Shown: positions 1-13,789, counted from the whole stretch's first letter. The stretch is 56,753 nt of DNA, filler included, from Dugesia japonica (GCA_001938525.1; 5 parts of 5 records of this genome joined end to end with filler, not necessarily neighbours in it); one strand, 5' to 3'. Notes: generated by a model from the letters alone, not told the origin. Translations and numbers: made by a program.

Positions 1-5
1 TTATT

Positions 6-59
<54 letters not shown>

Positions 60-60
60 T
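1..60. repeat. (TTA)n microsatellite
   Basis: Near-perfect TTA repeats. Confidence 0.95.
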
Positions 61-1378
61 TTAGGGGTGACACGGTCGCTAGCTAATAAACTTTTTATTT
101 GTAGTTAATAATTCTTTAGTTTTTTTCTTCGAGGTTGATAAAGCTTCATTGTTTTTCATTTAATCAGATGTTGTTGCTGGAAAATGCTGTGTATTTTGAT
201 TGTGTTTAATTATTATCTTATTTGTTTCATTTGATAAGTTCTGAAAAACGTATTTGATAAACTGCATAATTTTGGAAAATTTTGACTTCGAATTTAACTT
301 TGTCGATTCTTATATTTCTTAAAGCTTCTTTATATTATTTTTATAAAAATATATTTGACTAAAATTTTGAATTTAAAATTAATCTAAAATAAGAAAAAAT
401 TGATTATAGTTTTCGTAATTATTTTTTCTAAAAAATGTTAATGATTTAAAATTGTTCTTAGAATTCATAAATCAAATTATTTTTCCCGGAGATAATTAAA
501 TTCAAAAATTTCACAACTTCTTAACAATATTAATTTTATTAAAATTTGAAACCAATAAACTACGAAAACAATTTAATTATTCTTTTTAATTAACTGCAAT
601 ATTTTTTTTTTAAATAAATAATTGAATGAAAAAAAAAATTAAAAGATTTTAAATAATCTATAGAAAAATATTTTTAATTCTTGAAAGAATTTGAATGGAA
701 ATATATAAAATTAATACTAAAAAAACATAATAAAATTAGATGAAAAAAATATTTTGTTGCCTTAGGCATAAAATTTCAGAAAAAAAAATTAATTCACAAA
801 TAGAAAGACGAAATTTTAATATTTTAACGAAATTTCTGTCTAGAAAAAATATTTCTGCTTACAAAATTTCAAGATTATTCTTTTAAAAAAAACTGATTTC
901 TAGTAAATTACTTTTGTTCTTATTAATTGGCTAATGAATATAAAGCAGTATTATTTATAATTATAATAAATGATTTATAATTTAATTATTTTTAGAAAAT
1001 TATTTTATGATATTAATTTAGCTGAATATTAATTGTAAGCAAAAAATATAGATTTAATTCAATTACTTTAATTATTTTATTATAGTAAATCAAACTTTAT
1101 TTTTTTATTCAATATTATTAATACAATAATTATTAATGAAATATTTTTCACTTTTTAATTGTATTCATCAAATACTAATCCCAATAGATTTTCAAATAAA
1201 TCTAATAGAAGAAACTAAGTGTTATCTCATCATGTAAGAACAAGAATTGATTTTAAAAGATACTACTGAATTGTTACGATTATCTTAGAATCAACTGCTG
1301 AACTCTTTTTTAACAACAAATAAATTTAATTATTTAATTATTTAACAAAATTCATAGATCAAAGTTGCTGTTCTATTT

Positions 1379-1711
1379 TCAATACTTCGGCATAGTCTTT
1401 TTCAGTGAATTCTTATTATTAATTTTGACATAAAAACAGATTTTAAATAAATTTGAGTAATTGATATCTACCTTCATACTCTCAAAGCATGGATCACATT
1501 TTATTTCCTTCATCAAGTTGTCGTCAAAATATTTACTAAATATAGTGATTCTATCTTCTGCGGTGATGCTACAAGCATCGAATAAATTTATAAATTCTTT
1601 GACGTTTTTTAAATGTTCTCGAATATTGACTGAACTTTCATTGTCCTTTCTGAACTTGAACAACTTAGCTTCTTTTTCTTTAAACATACGCCTTTGCTCA
1701 TTTGACGCCAC
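1379..1711 (-). pseudogene. Possible gag N-terminal fragment of an LTR retrotransposon, or an orphan exon
   Basis: 110-codon open frame starting at a PBS-like TGGCGTC; no diagnostic motif. Confidence 0.25.
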
Positions 1712-1857
1712 GTTATATAAATCTAAATATTAAATAATAAGATATTTAACAAGTTAAAATTATTTTTCATAAAACAGCAATATTAAAACAAATCAAATTC
1801 ATTTTAATATTTTGAATATTTAGTTTTAAATATTTAATAATTTGAATTTAGATATAT

Positions 1858-2075
1858 TTAAATATTGTCATAATTTAAATATATCACATCCCTTTGAACA
1901 TATCCAGAGCCGCCGTTATGCAAAAGTGGATTCTGATGAAACAAAAATATCTTTACTATTTTCATAACGCGTCTTAAGAACCGGGATTCTAATTCCAATA
2001 TCACTTGGTAATATGCATTATTTGCTAAGGTTTGCAATTCATTCAGTGCATCCAACATTTCATTGATATTTGACA
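1858..2075 (-). CDS. Possible host exon, product unknown
   Basis: Open frame SNINEMLDALNELQTL...GGSGYVQRD after a TAAG acceptor; composition is coding-like. Confidence 0.3.
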
Positions 2076-2999
2076 CTTAGAACTCTTATTGAAATGGTAC
2101 AGTATATATAATATTACATATGATATAAACAGAAAACAATACTATTATGAAAAAAATAATAGAACTGAAGAGTAATTTAAAATAAAAATATTAAAACAAT
2201 GAAAATATATAGCAAGTCAAAAAAGCTTAACAAACATATTAAAGTCATCACCTTGAACAAACGTTTTGGAATTAAATTTTTAAGATAGTTACTGTATTTG
2301 ACATCATTTACACCAGACAAATTCATTACAAAGTTTAACAATTCCTTATTACAAATAAACAGAATCACAAACATTATCAATAAAAATTAATTATTTATTA
2401 AAAATTAAATCATTGTATTACAATAATAACAAATAAATTACCACAACTGATTTCCAACAGAATAGAAAATTTAATATAACTCAAATGGTAAAATTTCTAC
2501 ACTTGCAAACGAAAACTTTTAATTAACACTTAAATAAATTCGCTAACCTCACTTTGAGTAATTTATTTTTACGGCAGTTAATTTATTAACTAGTCTATTT
2601 AATTTACAACAATCTATTTAATACATACGTGACTAACACGAGGCCCTCGGTAATTTTCATGGTAATTTTCAAAGGATTACTATGTTGGGATTTTAGGATT
2701 TGTTGTTTTAAATATTCGCTACTCTCACAATCTCCTTTGTATAATTAAACGTTCCTCGCACAATCTAGGGGCATACCTAAAATCCACAAGCGTTTATGTC
2801 AACTCTGTGGCATGCCCATTTCTTTCCACGGGTTCAGCGCGACTTTGCAGTATCGCGTCTTATGTATTACAGTGGTGCACCCGTACGGTGATAATCTCCT
2901 ATGCTCAGTACAAATAAATATGATACTTTCACTTTATTAATAGAATTTTTAACGAAATTCATAATGCTATAACCACAATCATTAACATTTATGAATGTA

Positions 3000-3331
3000 C
3001 ATCTCTATCCGTCAATCGGCGTCCTGGTCGACTGTCTGCTCGGTAGTTACACTCGCCTCTTCTGGGGATCTTTAATTGAGCCATAACGTTCGCAGCGAAA
3101 CGAACATGGAACCTTCTCGGTCCGCGTACGTTTTAATTATGTCAGCCATTAATCGATTTGCATGTTGAAGGGACAACTCCTTTTCCTTGGTTTGATTATA
3201 TTTGGCTACAGATTTCATAACCTGCCCTTCAACCTCAATATCTCATTTTTTAACTCTCGTCGCTCTTCTTTCCATCTTTGTGACCCGGTTTCCTCTCCTC
3301 TCGACATCTTTGCATCTTTCGATTTATTCAC
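3000..3331 (-). pseudogene. Degenerate coiled-coil-like ORF, last cassette of copy D
   Basis: TTATTAG|TG acceptor, then NKSKDAKMSRGEETGSQRWKEERRELKNEILRL, a frameshift, then GQVMKSVAKYNQTKEKELSLQHANRLMADIIKTYADREGSMF. Confidence 0.5.
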
Positions 3332-3653
3332 TAATAAATATCAAAATTTAATATCTTTAATCTTAGTAAGATTATAATAATTTTTAAATGAGATAAATAA
3401 ACAATTAAGTACAAGAACCCAAATTTATTTAACATCGACCGAATGTTATTGTTCTAGGAAGAATTTACTCTGTGTTCGTCTTACCAGAAACTTTAGAGTT
3501 GATGTAATGTGTTTAATCTTACTACTGCCTCTACAGACATAAAAAACTAATCACCATCGCGTGACATACATATCACCCAAATCTCTTTGATAGTTGAGAA
3601 AATACATAATAAAGAAAAACAAAACTAAAATTCCTTTACACCCAACATTTATT

Positions 3654-4057
3654 TATTATTGGTCGCAAGCGACGCCACTTTTATTATGACAGGTTGTTTA
3701 ATACTGATCGAATCTTTTGTACTTTCAGGTGATTGCACTAAAACCTGATCTTCAAGCGGTTCAAGCTGCATTCTACTTTCCGTTTGCTGCACAATCATAG
3801 TGGTCACACTGGTCTTGATAAGTTCCAGGCCTTGTCGGAGTTTTCTATTCTCTAGAATCAGCTAGCTGCTCTTTTACAAGGCGGAATTTTTACACTACTT
3901 TTCCACCCCGATAAAGTAAGCTCGATTTGTCTTTTTCGTACCTCGATTGCTGCTCCTCTAGCAATTCTACAGTGTTTCTCCAAGGAACCCAGAAGATTCC
4001 TTCATCATCATTGTTAGTGAGAACCAGCGGTATATAGGGTTTATAATACTCCGTCAT
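3654..4057 (-). pseudogene. Degenerate ORF cassette in copy D
   Basis: TTACAG acceptor followed by ATG: MTEYYKPYIPLVLTNNDDEGIFWVPWRNTVELLEEQQSRYEKDK..., with in-frame stops; AATAAA at the end. Confidence 0.45.
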
Positions 4058-4794
4058 ATTTCTGTAATAACATAAATAATGAAAATTATAAGATTATAAC
4101 AGCATAATTAAAAATAATTCCATGTAATAAATATTGCCTAAACCAAAACGTCTGTTCGGCCTGCGGCCTATTATTTCTGATTCCCCGCTCCTAACATGTG
4201 AACCAGGAAGATGCCGATTAGAAATCAACATCTTTCTTTGTCCTCATGTTTCTAGAGTTCTCGGACGGTTTACTAACAAGAAAACAATTCAACTCACGAT
4301 ATTATCCAGGTGAATTGAGTTAAGATTAAACTTCCAGCGAAATGAATTGCATTAAAGAATGTCATAAAAAATTAAATTCTCTGACCAAAACTTTACCACT
4401 CATTTCCACATTCGTCTCATGATTCAAATAAACTCATTGCTTCCCATTACTATTATGATTATAATAAAGTTATTAAATTATAAACGCANCTAATATTTAG
4501 CATAGAACATTTAATTGACAAAATTTCACAAAGTAAACAACAAAACAAAAAATAATCAAGTAAATATATAGTTAAAGTGGATAATCGAGCTCCCGCAGAT
4601 ATCTATTTCTTGTACTCGCACGTTTACACATTATTTTCATCAACGCTCTCTTGCACATCGGTGCAATTTCTCTTTATTTAGCCATTTTCTTAGTATCACA
4701 CTGATTTTGTTCGTTCATTCATAATACATTAACACCCGATTATTTCATAAACAACTAGATTCAGATGAACTAAATTCAATTCAATCTATTTAAA

Positions 4795-5005
4795 TTTCTC
4801 TATAGTTTGCAACAATTAAATTTCTCGCAACTACTTTCTCATTTCTCGACTCGATTTCAATTATTCTGTAGTTTGTAACGATTTAATTGCTCGCATCTAC
4901 TTTCTCATTTTCTGACTCGATTTCAGTTATTCTGATGTTTGTAACAATTAAATTTCTCGCATCTACTTTCTCATATTCCGACTCAATTTCAATTATTCTG
5001 TAGTT
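4795..5005. repeat. 66-bp tandem repeat, ~3 copies, inside copy D
   Basis: GTTTG(C/T)AAC recurs at 4805, 4871 and 4937. Confidence 0.9.
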
Positions 5006-5050
5006 ATGAGAGCACGCTTCATTATAATCTGGGCACTCAGCATCATTGGA

Positions 5051-5420
5051 TTTTATATAGGTTAATGGAAAATTAAAGTATTCGAATTTAAAAATTAATT
5101 AACCCTTCTCTTTATATCGACTAAATGAGTCCTTGCTTGTCTCCAAAATATTTCTGATGGATCCTTTCACTGTTGTTTCTAACGTAGAATCTTCAAATAC
5201 AACTTTCGTGTGAGTGAAATTAAATCGCGTTTGAAACAATTAGACTTGGAAAAAAGTTTTCTCAAATACAAATTTTTAACCAACAAATTGAATTGAAAAA
5301 AGTGTTAGTTTTTCTTCGGGTAGCCGGGTTTTATGGGGAATGTTAAGAAGAACAAACTGGTTCCTGATTGGTCAATCAATCATATTTGATTTTGTTGAAA
5401 CTTGACTCTCTGATTGGTGG
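5051..5420 (-). promoter_or_regulatory. Putative LTR promoter of copy D (CCAAT boxes + TATA)
   Basis: CCAATCAG twice (~5364-5371, ~5410-5417) and CCTATATAAAA (5051-5061) on the minus strand. Confidence 0.45.
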
Positions 5421-6111
5421 AGTTTGTGTGCATTCTTCTCTTCATAATTTTGCCAATTTTGGTGCACACCAACTTTTTGTACTGAATTTTATTTTTCAGT
5501 CACCTCGTGTGACCTCGATATAATTTNNNNNNNNNNNNNNNNNNNNNNNNNNNNNNNNNNNNNNNNNNNNNNNNNNNNNNNNNNNNNNNNNNNNNNNNNN
5601 NNNNNNNNNNNNNNNNNNNNNNNNNNNNNNNNTTAAGAGATAATAAATAATATTAAACGCTATACGGCGTTATTATAATAACTAAATTGGATCGTAGAGA
5701 CTCCTTAAATAATTTATTATAGTATTGTATTTAATTGTTATTATTCTACTAGTCACTACCTTTCTTCACATATACTTTTTATCTTTATTCCACCGAATTT
5801 GGGTCGTCCACGCCCGATTTTCAATTTTCGATATTTCTCAACAATTATACATACTAGTTATAATAATAATAATTTATAATAATAACCATCACATAATATT
5901 AATAATAATAATATTTACGACAACATTTCTGGTCCAGTTCCCTTTTATTATTACTTTTCTCATTCTCCTTCCTTACTTTCATTACGTAGTTTTCGCTTAT
6001 TTATTATTTTCAACGTGTTCTAACCCAACAACTAGATTGAATTATACATATCAAAGATTTGACTGGAAAATATAAAAAATCAAGTTTTGAAAAATCTGAT
6101 AACTTTTTTTA

Positions 6112-6183
6112 GGGAATGTAGTTTAGTAGTAGAGTAATCGATTTGCATGTTCAAGGTCTCGGATTCGATCCCCGGTATTTCTT
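6112..6183 (+). pseudogene. tRNA-Ala(TGC) pseudogene or tRNA-derived SINE head
   Basis: GGGAATGTAGTTTAGTAGTAGAG...TTTGCAT...GGATTCGATCCCCGGTATTTC follows the eukaryotic tRNA-Ala(TGC) pattern; the stems are mismatched. Confidence 0.75.
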
Positions 6184-6378
6184 TGATTTTACTAAATTTC
6201 AAATAATTTTCATAATGATTTAGTAATAAATAGATGATTTTGTCTTGAACATTTTTTGGTTCGCGATATTCATCAGACTTTTAGTAAAATATATATTTCA
6301 ATATAGTTTTTCAATAATATATATTTTTTAAATTTCATTTATATTTATATATTTATTATATATCATTTATATTTATAT

Positions 6379-7413
6379 ACTAGGTTGAAAAAAACGTTCC
6401 CAGACACTTTAAACTAAACATATATAAACAAAGTCATAAAACCATCAAAAACTTTTATTCATCAAAATAAAGTCCTTCGATAGTTAAGGTCTTCAACAAT
6501 CTATCAGCTAAATTTTGGAGTCCTTATTGATACCATTCTTGTGGTTTAGATTGCAAAACTCCAAGGACTCCACTTTCAACACTTGCTACTGAATTAAATT
6601 TCATGCCAATCAGAAAATGACTCATTGACCAGAATACAGGTTTCCATCTACAGTCCGGCCTTCTAGAATTAGCCATAATACAAGACCCTAAAAGTTCCAC
6701 CATATGTATAACATCATCTTGTGTTCGAACCTTTCCTTCTTGGCAACCGATGATGCCTTCTGACCTGACTGAGGCCACTGCCTTTTGATTAAAGGTTTTT
6801 GTGAGATATATTCACTTTTCATCACCAGTTATGATTCGTCTCCAGAACCTGTCATCATTAGAATTATTCAGCAATTTCTTTTAAATTTCTTTTCTACTTT
6901 GTGTTTGTTGATTAAAAAGTTCATACGAAACAAATCTGGGTTTTTTTATTGGCAAAACCAAGTTCATGAAGGTATCAAACAATGGTTGATTAAGACGTCC
7001 CAAGTTGAGTAGTCAGTATGGGAGTGCTGGTATCTGGCCTGTGTTGAATACCTTGCAACAAAGCTTCATTCATCAGTACCAATGGCCTTCCAGAACGGGA
7101 TTTGTCTTCCAGACTGGTATCGTCTTCATAAAAACTATGAAATCATTCTTCTACGGTTGCTTTTGTGATTATCCCACATATTTTCATGGCTGTTGCTCCT
7201 ACGCTTAGACCCTGTTTTCAAAAATAACGCCGGATACCGTTAATTATGATTTTTTTGTTCGCCATTTTGTGAGCTTCTACGATAATTATTTTTTTGAAAT
7301 TAAATCGATAATAATTGACTTACTATACACCATTTTTTTTAAAATAACGCTGCTTTTTTTAAATTAAAATAGAAAAAATAAAAATTGTCCGGGAACTTTT
7401 GATTCAACTAAGT
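6379..7413 (-). mobile_element. Internally deleted mariner (Tc1/mariner) element
   Basis: Imperfect TIRs TACTAGGTTGAAAAAAACGTTCCCAGACA / TACTTAGTTGAATCAAAAGTTCCCGGACA; decayed transposase with RIITGDEK*IY and FWSMSHFL. Confidence 0.85.
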
Positions 7414-7609
7414 ATTTATTATATTTCAGTTTTAGTGTCATATATTTTTTTACAATGTGCGTTTAATATCATTATTATTATATTATCAATGTTTACATTT
7501 AAGAATAATAGTAAACACAATAATATTAACTCATTATGTTACAATTTTTCACTCAAAAAAATGTCTATAGATTTAGACTTTAAATCTAAAATTTGGTTAT
7601 AATTTTATA

Positions 7610-7678
7610 TGCGGCCCGCGGAGTTATGATGCATTTCTAAAGTGGCCCTTAAGATCATTTGGTTTGGCCACTCATGGT
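7610..7678. mobile_element. hAT (Charlie-like) terminal fragment
   Basis: GCGGCCC subterminal motif and ...GTTTGGCCACTCATG end, resembling a CAGGGGTGGCCAAAC TIR. Confidence 0.5.
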
Positions 7679-9379
7679 GTATATATTTATTTGCAAACGT
7701 AGACCTTCAATTAAAAGCTTTTAATTAATTTGATTTTTATACTGAAATCAGTTTTTAATTGAAATGTATACTNNNNNNNNNNNNNNNNNNNNNNNNNNNN
7801 NNNNNNNNNNNNNNNNNNNNNNNNNNNNNNAATAATTCAACTGATTATTTGTATTAGTAAAATTAATATTTTTTATCTTTTCTTATTCTACATTGCTTCA
7901 TTAATTTACTAAAATTTCCTTTCCCGTTGTTATGATTTGAATTTGCAATTTTAATAAAAAAAGTTATATATATATATAGAAAATTTTGAAAAGAAAAATA
8001 NTTTTCAAATTTTCAATATTTTAATAAAAAATAATAATAAACTAATCGAAATATATAACTACAATTATAATGTTTTTTAAAATATTTTAATTATTTTTTA
8101 TTATTAATTATTAGCCAATTATATTTCACTAATCAGTGTGTATTGATGCATATATGCATCAAACACAATTTATTTAATATTTTACCACACATCAGAATAA
8201 ATAACAACTTATGCACTGCTCCTAACAGAAATAATACCTTTACGTTATAAATATTAAAATTTATAAAATAATATATATATTATTCACAAATGTATTTATT
8301 TTTTAAAAATATTTGCTTAAGGTTATTGCAAATTAGATGATATTGAAACAAAATAATATCTAAACTAAATAAATTATTAATTTATTAATATTATTAGATT
8401 TTTTAAAATGATTAATTATATTTTTTATAATTATATTTTATAATTATTATTAGATAAGTTTGAAGTACTTAAAGAATAATTAATTTCACAACTTGGTTAC
8501 ATTAAAAATTTATTCACAAAACAAAATCTATATCCATCATTATTTGTTTATTCAACCAAATTAAAACTCTATGCTTAGTTGAAAATCTTTTTTTAATTTA
8601 TTAAAATTTTAAATAAAAAATTTATTTTCTTATTTTTCAGTNAAACCTTAGTCTTGTGTTTAAGTTCTGAACTAAGGTTATGGAGCGGTAATCTATGAAG
8701 ACGATAAAAATTCTGAAGAAGAGACAAATGATGATGTTACTGACTATTATATGAATAATGAAGAAACGACTCAAGCAGATATTGATGAACTGTTTGCGAG
8801 AGATTATTTAAGATTTTTTCAGCTTAGGCATAACTTGATCATTGAACTGTAAACAACAATTTTAACCATTAAGCTTTATACAAATTTAATTAAATAATTT
8901 TTGGTAGCNNNNNNNNNNNNNNNNNNNNNNNNNNNNNNNTAAAATCACATTATAATGTATTTTGATTTGTTCGTTCTTTGAAATCAATCCTCGCATTATG
9001 TTTGCGTCTGGAAACTTCCATTAATTTATAGAATAAATTTCTATTCCTCGCGTTATTCTTGAGTATTTACAATATATAAAATAAAAGTTAATTAAGAAAA
9101 TTTTTAAAACTTTATACAATTTATTGTAAATTTATTATAATAAGATGAAGTCAAAAATATTTAAGGGTTTGTGCAAATCATTATGTTTTTATAAAAACGT
9201 CAAATAATATGAAAGAAATGACAGAGGACTTGTGAATATTACTTCCTAATAAAATGAAGGCTTTAAATATTATACATATTTTGATAATAAACTTCAATAT
9301 CTTCATTTTCAAAAAAAAATTGATATCTCATAATTTTAACTATTTTGATTATTAATAATTTTAATATAATACTTTATAA

Positions 9380-9389
9380 TTAATAATAT

Positions 9390-9452
<63 letters not shown>

Positions 9453-9568
9453 NNNNNNNNNNNNNNNNNNNNNNNNNNNNNNNNNNNNNNNNNNNNNNNN
9501 NNNNNNNNNNNNNNNNNNNNNNNNNNNNNNNNNNNNNNNNNNNNNNNNNNNNNNNNNNNNNNNNNNNN

Positions 9569-9635
<67 letters not shown>
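9380..9635. repeat. (AAT)n microsatellite spanning a gap
   Basis: Long perfect AAT runs on both sides of the Ns. Confidence 0.95.
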
Positions 9636-9636
<1 letters not shown>

Positions 9637-10439
9637 GATTACTAAAAGCCGATCAAAATTTTTATTCTTATTATCGTTCTTCTAAAGATTTGCTCAAATT
9701 TTGTCTACAGACGTAAATTAAAAGGCCAGAAAAATGAAATATTTTGACGCAAATAAGAGAAAATAAATCTTTTTTAATTATATCTTTCATTATAAAAGAA
9801 GTCTTTATTCTGATAGAAAATAAATAAACATTTAATGAAAAAATATATTTTATAAAATAAATTTTACTATGAAGTAAATATAAATTTTTGAAAAATAATT
9901 TCTGTATTTTGTTTTAATTATGGTTGAGATGAAAATTTTCTTTCTTTCATCATGAAGAATTTATAGGAGCAATTATATTTGTTAATATTTGTATATTCAA
10001 AAATATTTATTTTACTTTACATATTTGCTTGTTATTCTACATATAATGTTCAATTCTCATAGAGATAATTGTCCAATAATAAGTCAACATCCTATATTGA
10101 ATTTGATTTAATTACTTTGTATTTTATGAAATCTAGTATTCTTATTAATGAAATNNNNNNNNNNNNNNNNNNNNNNNNNNNNNNNNNNNNNNNNNNNNTT
10201 AATTAATTAANNNNNNNNNNNNNNNNNNNNNNNNNNNNNNNNNNNNNNNNNNNNTACTTTTAATTATATACATTTTTTTATGTTCTAACGATATTTTGTA
10301 TGGGAAATGAATTTACTAGAAAATGATATATCACACCTTATAAGCCATAAGTTAAGTTGCGTTAATTTCACAATTAGACTTCATTAAATTTCAAGATTTA
10401 TTTAAAATTAAAATTAAATAACTAAAATTTCTGATAATA

Positions 10440-13080
10440 TTTATACAAAAACTCTCCACTTTTTAAAAATGTCTTCCATTTCTTCAATCACTCTATTCTT
10501 TTATACTTTGCACCGTGAAGAAATTTGATTTCTAATTAAACTTCATTAATCTGATATGGTCCTTCATATTGGAAATCATTCTTCTTTCTTTTGTGTGGTC
10601 CAACGCGAACTAACACCCACTAGCCCACTTTGAAAATTCTTGGTCCACTCTTTTCCTTTTCAAAAGTTGCTATTTTTAGATAGCTGCTTCTGTTAAATTT
10701 TATCTAACTGTCTCTAGATTAACCATATAATTTTTGGAAATGATTTTTGTCTTTGCATGCAAATTTATCCGCCTTCCAAAAATAATCTTAAATGGTGAAA
10801 ATTTGGCCGACTTTTGAACAGTAGCGTTTATACTGAACTCAATTCTTAGAAGTAATGCATCCAGTTTTTCTGGATACGATTTCCTTTAAGTGACGTTGTA
10901 GTCATATATCTTATCGTCCAAATCATTCTTTCTACCAGTCCATTCAATTTGTGTTGTTACGGAGAGCTGAACTCTTGTTTAATGTTAAACTTTACTAATT
11001 TTTCTGACATGCATTTAATCTCAAACACTCTTCTCTGTCGGTTAATATGCTCTTTGTTTGCCAAAACAATATATCCATTTGTTCAAAATTATACCAAAAA
11101 TTGTTTTTTCATCTATTTTTGATACCACTGATATACTTACTAGCTTGCTAAACCGATCGATAATCACCACCATATACTTTTTCCCGATGACATTTTCTAA
11201 GTACTGAATTATTTATTTATTTTTCTATTTTTTATCTCTATAGCAATTATTTGTTTTGTCCTTCCTTGATCAATTTTCCTTTTTGCACAAATCACACAGG
11301 CATTCAAACGTTTTTAAAAGTATTTATCATTTCAGGCCAGTAATAGTTATTCTGCAAATATGAAAATATATTTTTTTCCTAAATGACATAATTCTTTGTG
11401 AATTTATCTGATCATTTCATCGATTATACTCGTTTTGACTATTAGGGTGTCCCATCAGTCTTTTCGTATTTTTATTCAATAAATACATACTAAATAAAAG
11501 AAGAACAAATAACTATTATGTCTCAAAATAAAAACCATTTGAATTAATGGTTTGAATTCATCTATCGGCAAGTTGCTGGATCTCGCGTTCATACCCGTCT
11601 TTGTCTTTGGATCTGAAAAAATCTTGGCACCCCTTTTGTACCTCATCCAAATTATTGAAACATCNNNNNGACCCAGATTAAATTTTCTGAACCAATTTTG
11701 AGCAACACGAATAGAAACAAAGTCTGCACCTTCCACCTCACATATTTTCTTGGCCCCTTGAGTTGCATTGACATTTTGTTTTCAAAAGTGTTTTAAAATT
11801 ACCCTAATTTCAAATTTATCCATATTTCTTCTGAATAAATTAAAACAATAATTTACAATTATTTAATAGATATTAATTTACCGTCTGATAAAGGATTTAA
11901 ATGTCTTTAAAATGATATATAATTATATAGATTCCAATATTTAAATNAATTACNAAAATTACTTTGAAATAATAAAAAAAAATACGAAGACTTATCGGAC
12001 ACCCTAATATAATCAAATTTTTATTTTCACTTTCGACGACTTATCTATTGTCAATTTTCAATTCACGATCAAGTTTACCCAAAAAATTTCCATGAATAAG
12101 CATATTAGTTACTCGTACTTCGTTTTGATTATTTCACTTCCTCCTTATATTATTAGGTCATCTTTCTGTGCCTTCCGATTTTTCTCCTGATGTTTACATT
12201 GTTTGTTTAATGTTAATATATTTTACTCAAGGTTTTTTTCTTGGCATTTAAATATACTGTTTTGCATTGAGAGCATAAACTTTAATTGATCCGTGATAAT
12301 CTGTCAGCATTGTTGTGCTCTCCTCCTTTTTGATATTTTAAGTCGAAATCATATCCTTCCAGATTTGTCAACCACATCTGAAATTGTGAGTTGCTCAATT
12401 TTTTATGTTATTTCAAAGCTTTGTGATTTGTTCTTGCTAAAAATCTCTTCCTATGCAAATACTGCTTGAAATGTACTACATATTACTGTACCACCAGCAA
12501 TTATTTTCTTGTTACACAGTAGCCCTTCTTATAAGCAGTGAGGTGTCTGAATCCATATGTTATCACCACCTCTTCACCATTTTCTGTTCTTTGGCTTAAC
12601 ACTGCACCGATGGATCCGGAACTTACATCAGTATCTAAGGTGAAAATTAAATTTTCCCTTGGATAATCTTGAATTAGTGCATTACATAACTTGTCGTTTA
12701 AGTTTTCAAAACTTATTCTGATTGCTTCTGTCTACATCAAGGTTTTGTCACATGCTGAAATAGTTTTATAAAGGCGTTGCAATTCTAGCGTAATCTTTGA
12801 TAAATCGGCTGCAGTTATTTCTTAAACCAAAAAATGACCTGAGTTTTGATAAGCATTATGGTTCTTCGGGATTTTTATTTTTTGAATATTGGGTTTGTTT
12901 GTTTTATTTCTTCTGCACTGATCGTATTTTCAAAAAAGACAAATTCCTTTTGGTAATATTTACATGTTTCTTAATTTATCCTCAGTCCTAATTTTGAGAT
13001 ACTAATGAAAATCTTCTTTTTCTAAATTGTCATGGTATCAGGTAAACTTTGTTTGCTTACATTGAATCTTTTAATTAAAT
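10440..13080 (-). mobile_element. Decayed Ty3/gypsy pol (RT C-terminus, RNase H, integrase), interrupted by a mariner
   Basis: Minus-strand motifs LRSFFGL...FIKDYARIATPL, FTLDTDVSSGSIGAVLSQ, YWPEM and VIIDRFSK, with many stops and frameshifts. Confidence 0.85.
11442..12007 (-). mobile_element. Internally deleted mariner nested in the gypsy integrase region
   Basis: TIRs TTAGGGTGTCC... / ...GGACACCCTAA flanked by TA; N-terminal HTH MDKFEIRV...AKKICEVEGADFVSIRVAQNWFRKF. Confidence 0.9.
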
Positions 13081-13520
13081 TGAGTATTTCAGTTTGGTTT
13101 GTATGATTTTAGTGGATTAATTTTTGTTATTTTCGATTTAAATTATATTAAAATGTTTATTCTATTTTGTTTAAGTTTTTATAAATGAGGTTTGACATTT
13201 CCTACTGACTTTGTATGAAATCAAGAACACAAAACAACACAAATAAAGATAACTAAACATTTCGATTTATGATTTCTACTTTTTTGAAAATTAAAAAACT
13301 GAGATCAATGGCTAAGTTAACAAGTTACTGTTAAAATAATTGTAAATGCAAAAAATTTTTAAACTTCTACTATCAGTTTGTAGTAGTATTAGAACTTTTA
13401 GTAAACTATTTTTATGTCAAAATGGCGAAGTTTCAGCAAATTAAATTCACAATAAATAATAATTTTAAAAAAAAATAAATAAATAAACTACTGCATAAAA
13501 ATATTAAAATTAAAACTCAC

Positions 13521-13700
13521 TGTTAGAGCTCGGTAAATTGCGGTCTTGTGCTTTGTTTTCTCTATTGCTACTATTTGTTTTTGGAAGTCTTGCATTAATC
13601 TATCATTTGAGTTTTGATCTTCAAGAGGAACAAGTGCTAATGTAGTAATGTTTGCAGCAGTATTAAATGTAACATTCTCTAAATACAGCATTTGAATGTC
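13521..13700 (-). CDS. Probable host exon (60 codons), possibly a VWA-like segment
   Basis: TTTTAG acceptor, GTGAGT donor, 180-nt stop-free exon DIQMLYLENVTFNTAANITT...KTAIYRALT. Confidence 0.55.
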
Positions 13701-13724
13701 CTAAAATAAATACAGGCTTATTAA

Positions 13725-13789
<65 letters not shown>
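13725..13789. repeat. (TTA)n microsatellite
   Basis: Perfect repeats running into a gap. Confidence 0.95.

Larger units (their letters stand above)
2683..6030 (-). mobile_element. Solo-LTR-like element (copy D, 3.35 kb) with degenerate internal ORF array
   Basis: Ends TGTTGGG (2683) and CCCAACA (6030); perfect 4-bp TSD ACTA at 2679-2682 and 6031-6034; CCAAT and TATA boxes on the minus strand; decayed short coding segments after AG acceptors. Confidence 0.85.

Noticed and set aside
6112-6183. Functional tRNA-Ala gene
   Set aside because: The anticodon and D stems are mispaired; kept only as a pseudogene.
10155-10254. TTAATTAATTAA embedded in N runs (also ~22157, ~32142, ~40669)
   Set aside because: An artificial six-frame-stop scaffolding linker; it also means adjacency across these points is unreliable.
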